From a virus (Duplodnaviria; Caudoviricetes): a DNA stretch of 45,706 nucleotides. Shown here one piece after another: positions 45,009 to 45,706 of this stretch (position 1 is the stretch's first letter; each line of letters begins with the position of its first letter). The translations under genes were made by a program, and so were the position numbers. The DNA lies in IMG/VR virus record IMGVR_UViG_3300042342_000653, positions 1 to 45,706 of that record. One strand, 5' to 3'. Below the pieces are notes generated by a model that saw only the letters and a list, made by a program, of their open reading frames with translations, ran no database searches and had not been told where the DNA came from.

Positions 45009-45625
45009 GTGGTGAAATTAGTAGCAGAGTTAAGGCTATGCTTGAAGAGATCACTAAGATCGAAGAACTTGTTAGAAGTCAGACTTGGGAGATTGAGAAT
45101 CAAGATCTTCCTAACGTAGAAGAAATGAATGACACCATTGGTGAGGCAGTAAGATCACTAGAAGATATTACCCTATCGGGTGATGTTGATCGTGTCAGCA
45201 CCAGTGATATGGAAGAAATCTCTGAGCGAACAGCTGAACTTAAAGATAAGATAACTGAAATCATTGATGAACTAGCTAACAATCCAACCGGCCCAACTAA
45301 AGTAACTATGCTTAATGGATACAATATGTTGTCCAGGACAACGACTTATCTTAACTCAACTGTAGTCAATGGTGTCAATACTGTAGCAGCAAACATTCTA
45401 TTCTCATCAGCACCCCATAATGGTACATTCAATGAATTCTATTTAATGCTCTGTACATTGGAACAGCAACTAATCGAGTTGTTTGAGAAGATGAACCTGT
45501 TGGCAGCGGAGAATGAGATCCACGATCTCACTGATTACGTTGTAACAGTCAAGCTAGAAAGCAAGCGCGATCTAGCAAAGCATAAGCGAAACTATGAGAT
45601 GGAGGAGAACAACAATGGCAACTAA
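45005..45625 (+). CDS. Acidic coiled-coil early protein
   Basis: GAGGAGG RBS; ATGA coupling; Glu/Asp-rich N-terminal half. Confidence 0.8.
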   Translation: MSGEISSRVKAMLEEITKIEELVRSQTWEIENQDLPNVEEMNDTIGEAVRSLEDITLSGDVDRVSTSDMEEISERTAELKDKITEIIDELANNPTGPTKVTMLNGYNMLSRTTTYLNSTVVNGVNTVAANILFSSAPHNGTFNEFYLMLCTLEQQLIELFEKMNLLAAENEIHDLTDYVVTVKLESKRDLAKHKRNYEMEENNNGN

Positions 45626-45706
45626 GAAAGTAGATAACAAGTGTGGTGCGCCTAAGCTTAAGGAACTCCCATCTGAGTTCGTCGAGCAGGTAAGCGCATC
45701 AGTTGG
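45615..45706 (+). CDS. 3'-truncated hypothetical protein
   Basis: GGAGGAG RBS, then MATKKVDNKCGAPKLKELPSEF.. open to the window end. Confidence 0.65.
   Translation, partial: MATKKVDNKCGAPKLKELPSEFVEQVSASV

Overview
This window looks like a near-complete ~45.7 kb tailed-phage (Caudoviricetes) genome. I recognise no integrase, DNA polymerase, primase, tRNA or CRISPR array. One long minus-strand block (40738 to 1595) runs in this order: small basic proteins, HNH, a 2533-aa multidomain protein, a collagen-like fibre, lysis genes, terminase, portal, two large internal/ejection-type proteins, scaffold, N4-gp56-type major capsid protein, adaptor, and Dit-like and hub-like tail proteins. It continues into a replication/recombination module (RNase H-like exonuclease, HAD, Cas4-like nuclease, ERF, SSB-like, resolvase-like, DnaB) and ends in a C5 DNA methyltransferase. 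A divergent plus-strand block (41167 to end, then 1 to 1428) holds probable early genes. Its AT-richer part is bracketed by an identical 18-bp repeat and preceded by a family of GC-rich hairpins. The most notable observations are: (i) the giant putative virion-delivered protein combining papain-like, ART-like, circularly permuted SLOG and NADAR domains; (ii) a methyltransferase split across two overlapping reading frames; (iii) an endolysin gene with an in-frame nested holin-like start and an overprinted zinc-ribbon ORF; (iv) the repeat-bounded early cassette. All protein family calls come from motif recognition by eye, not from database searches.
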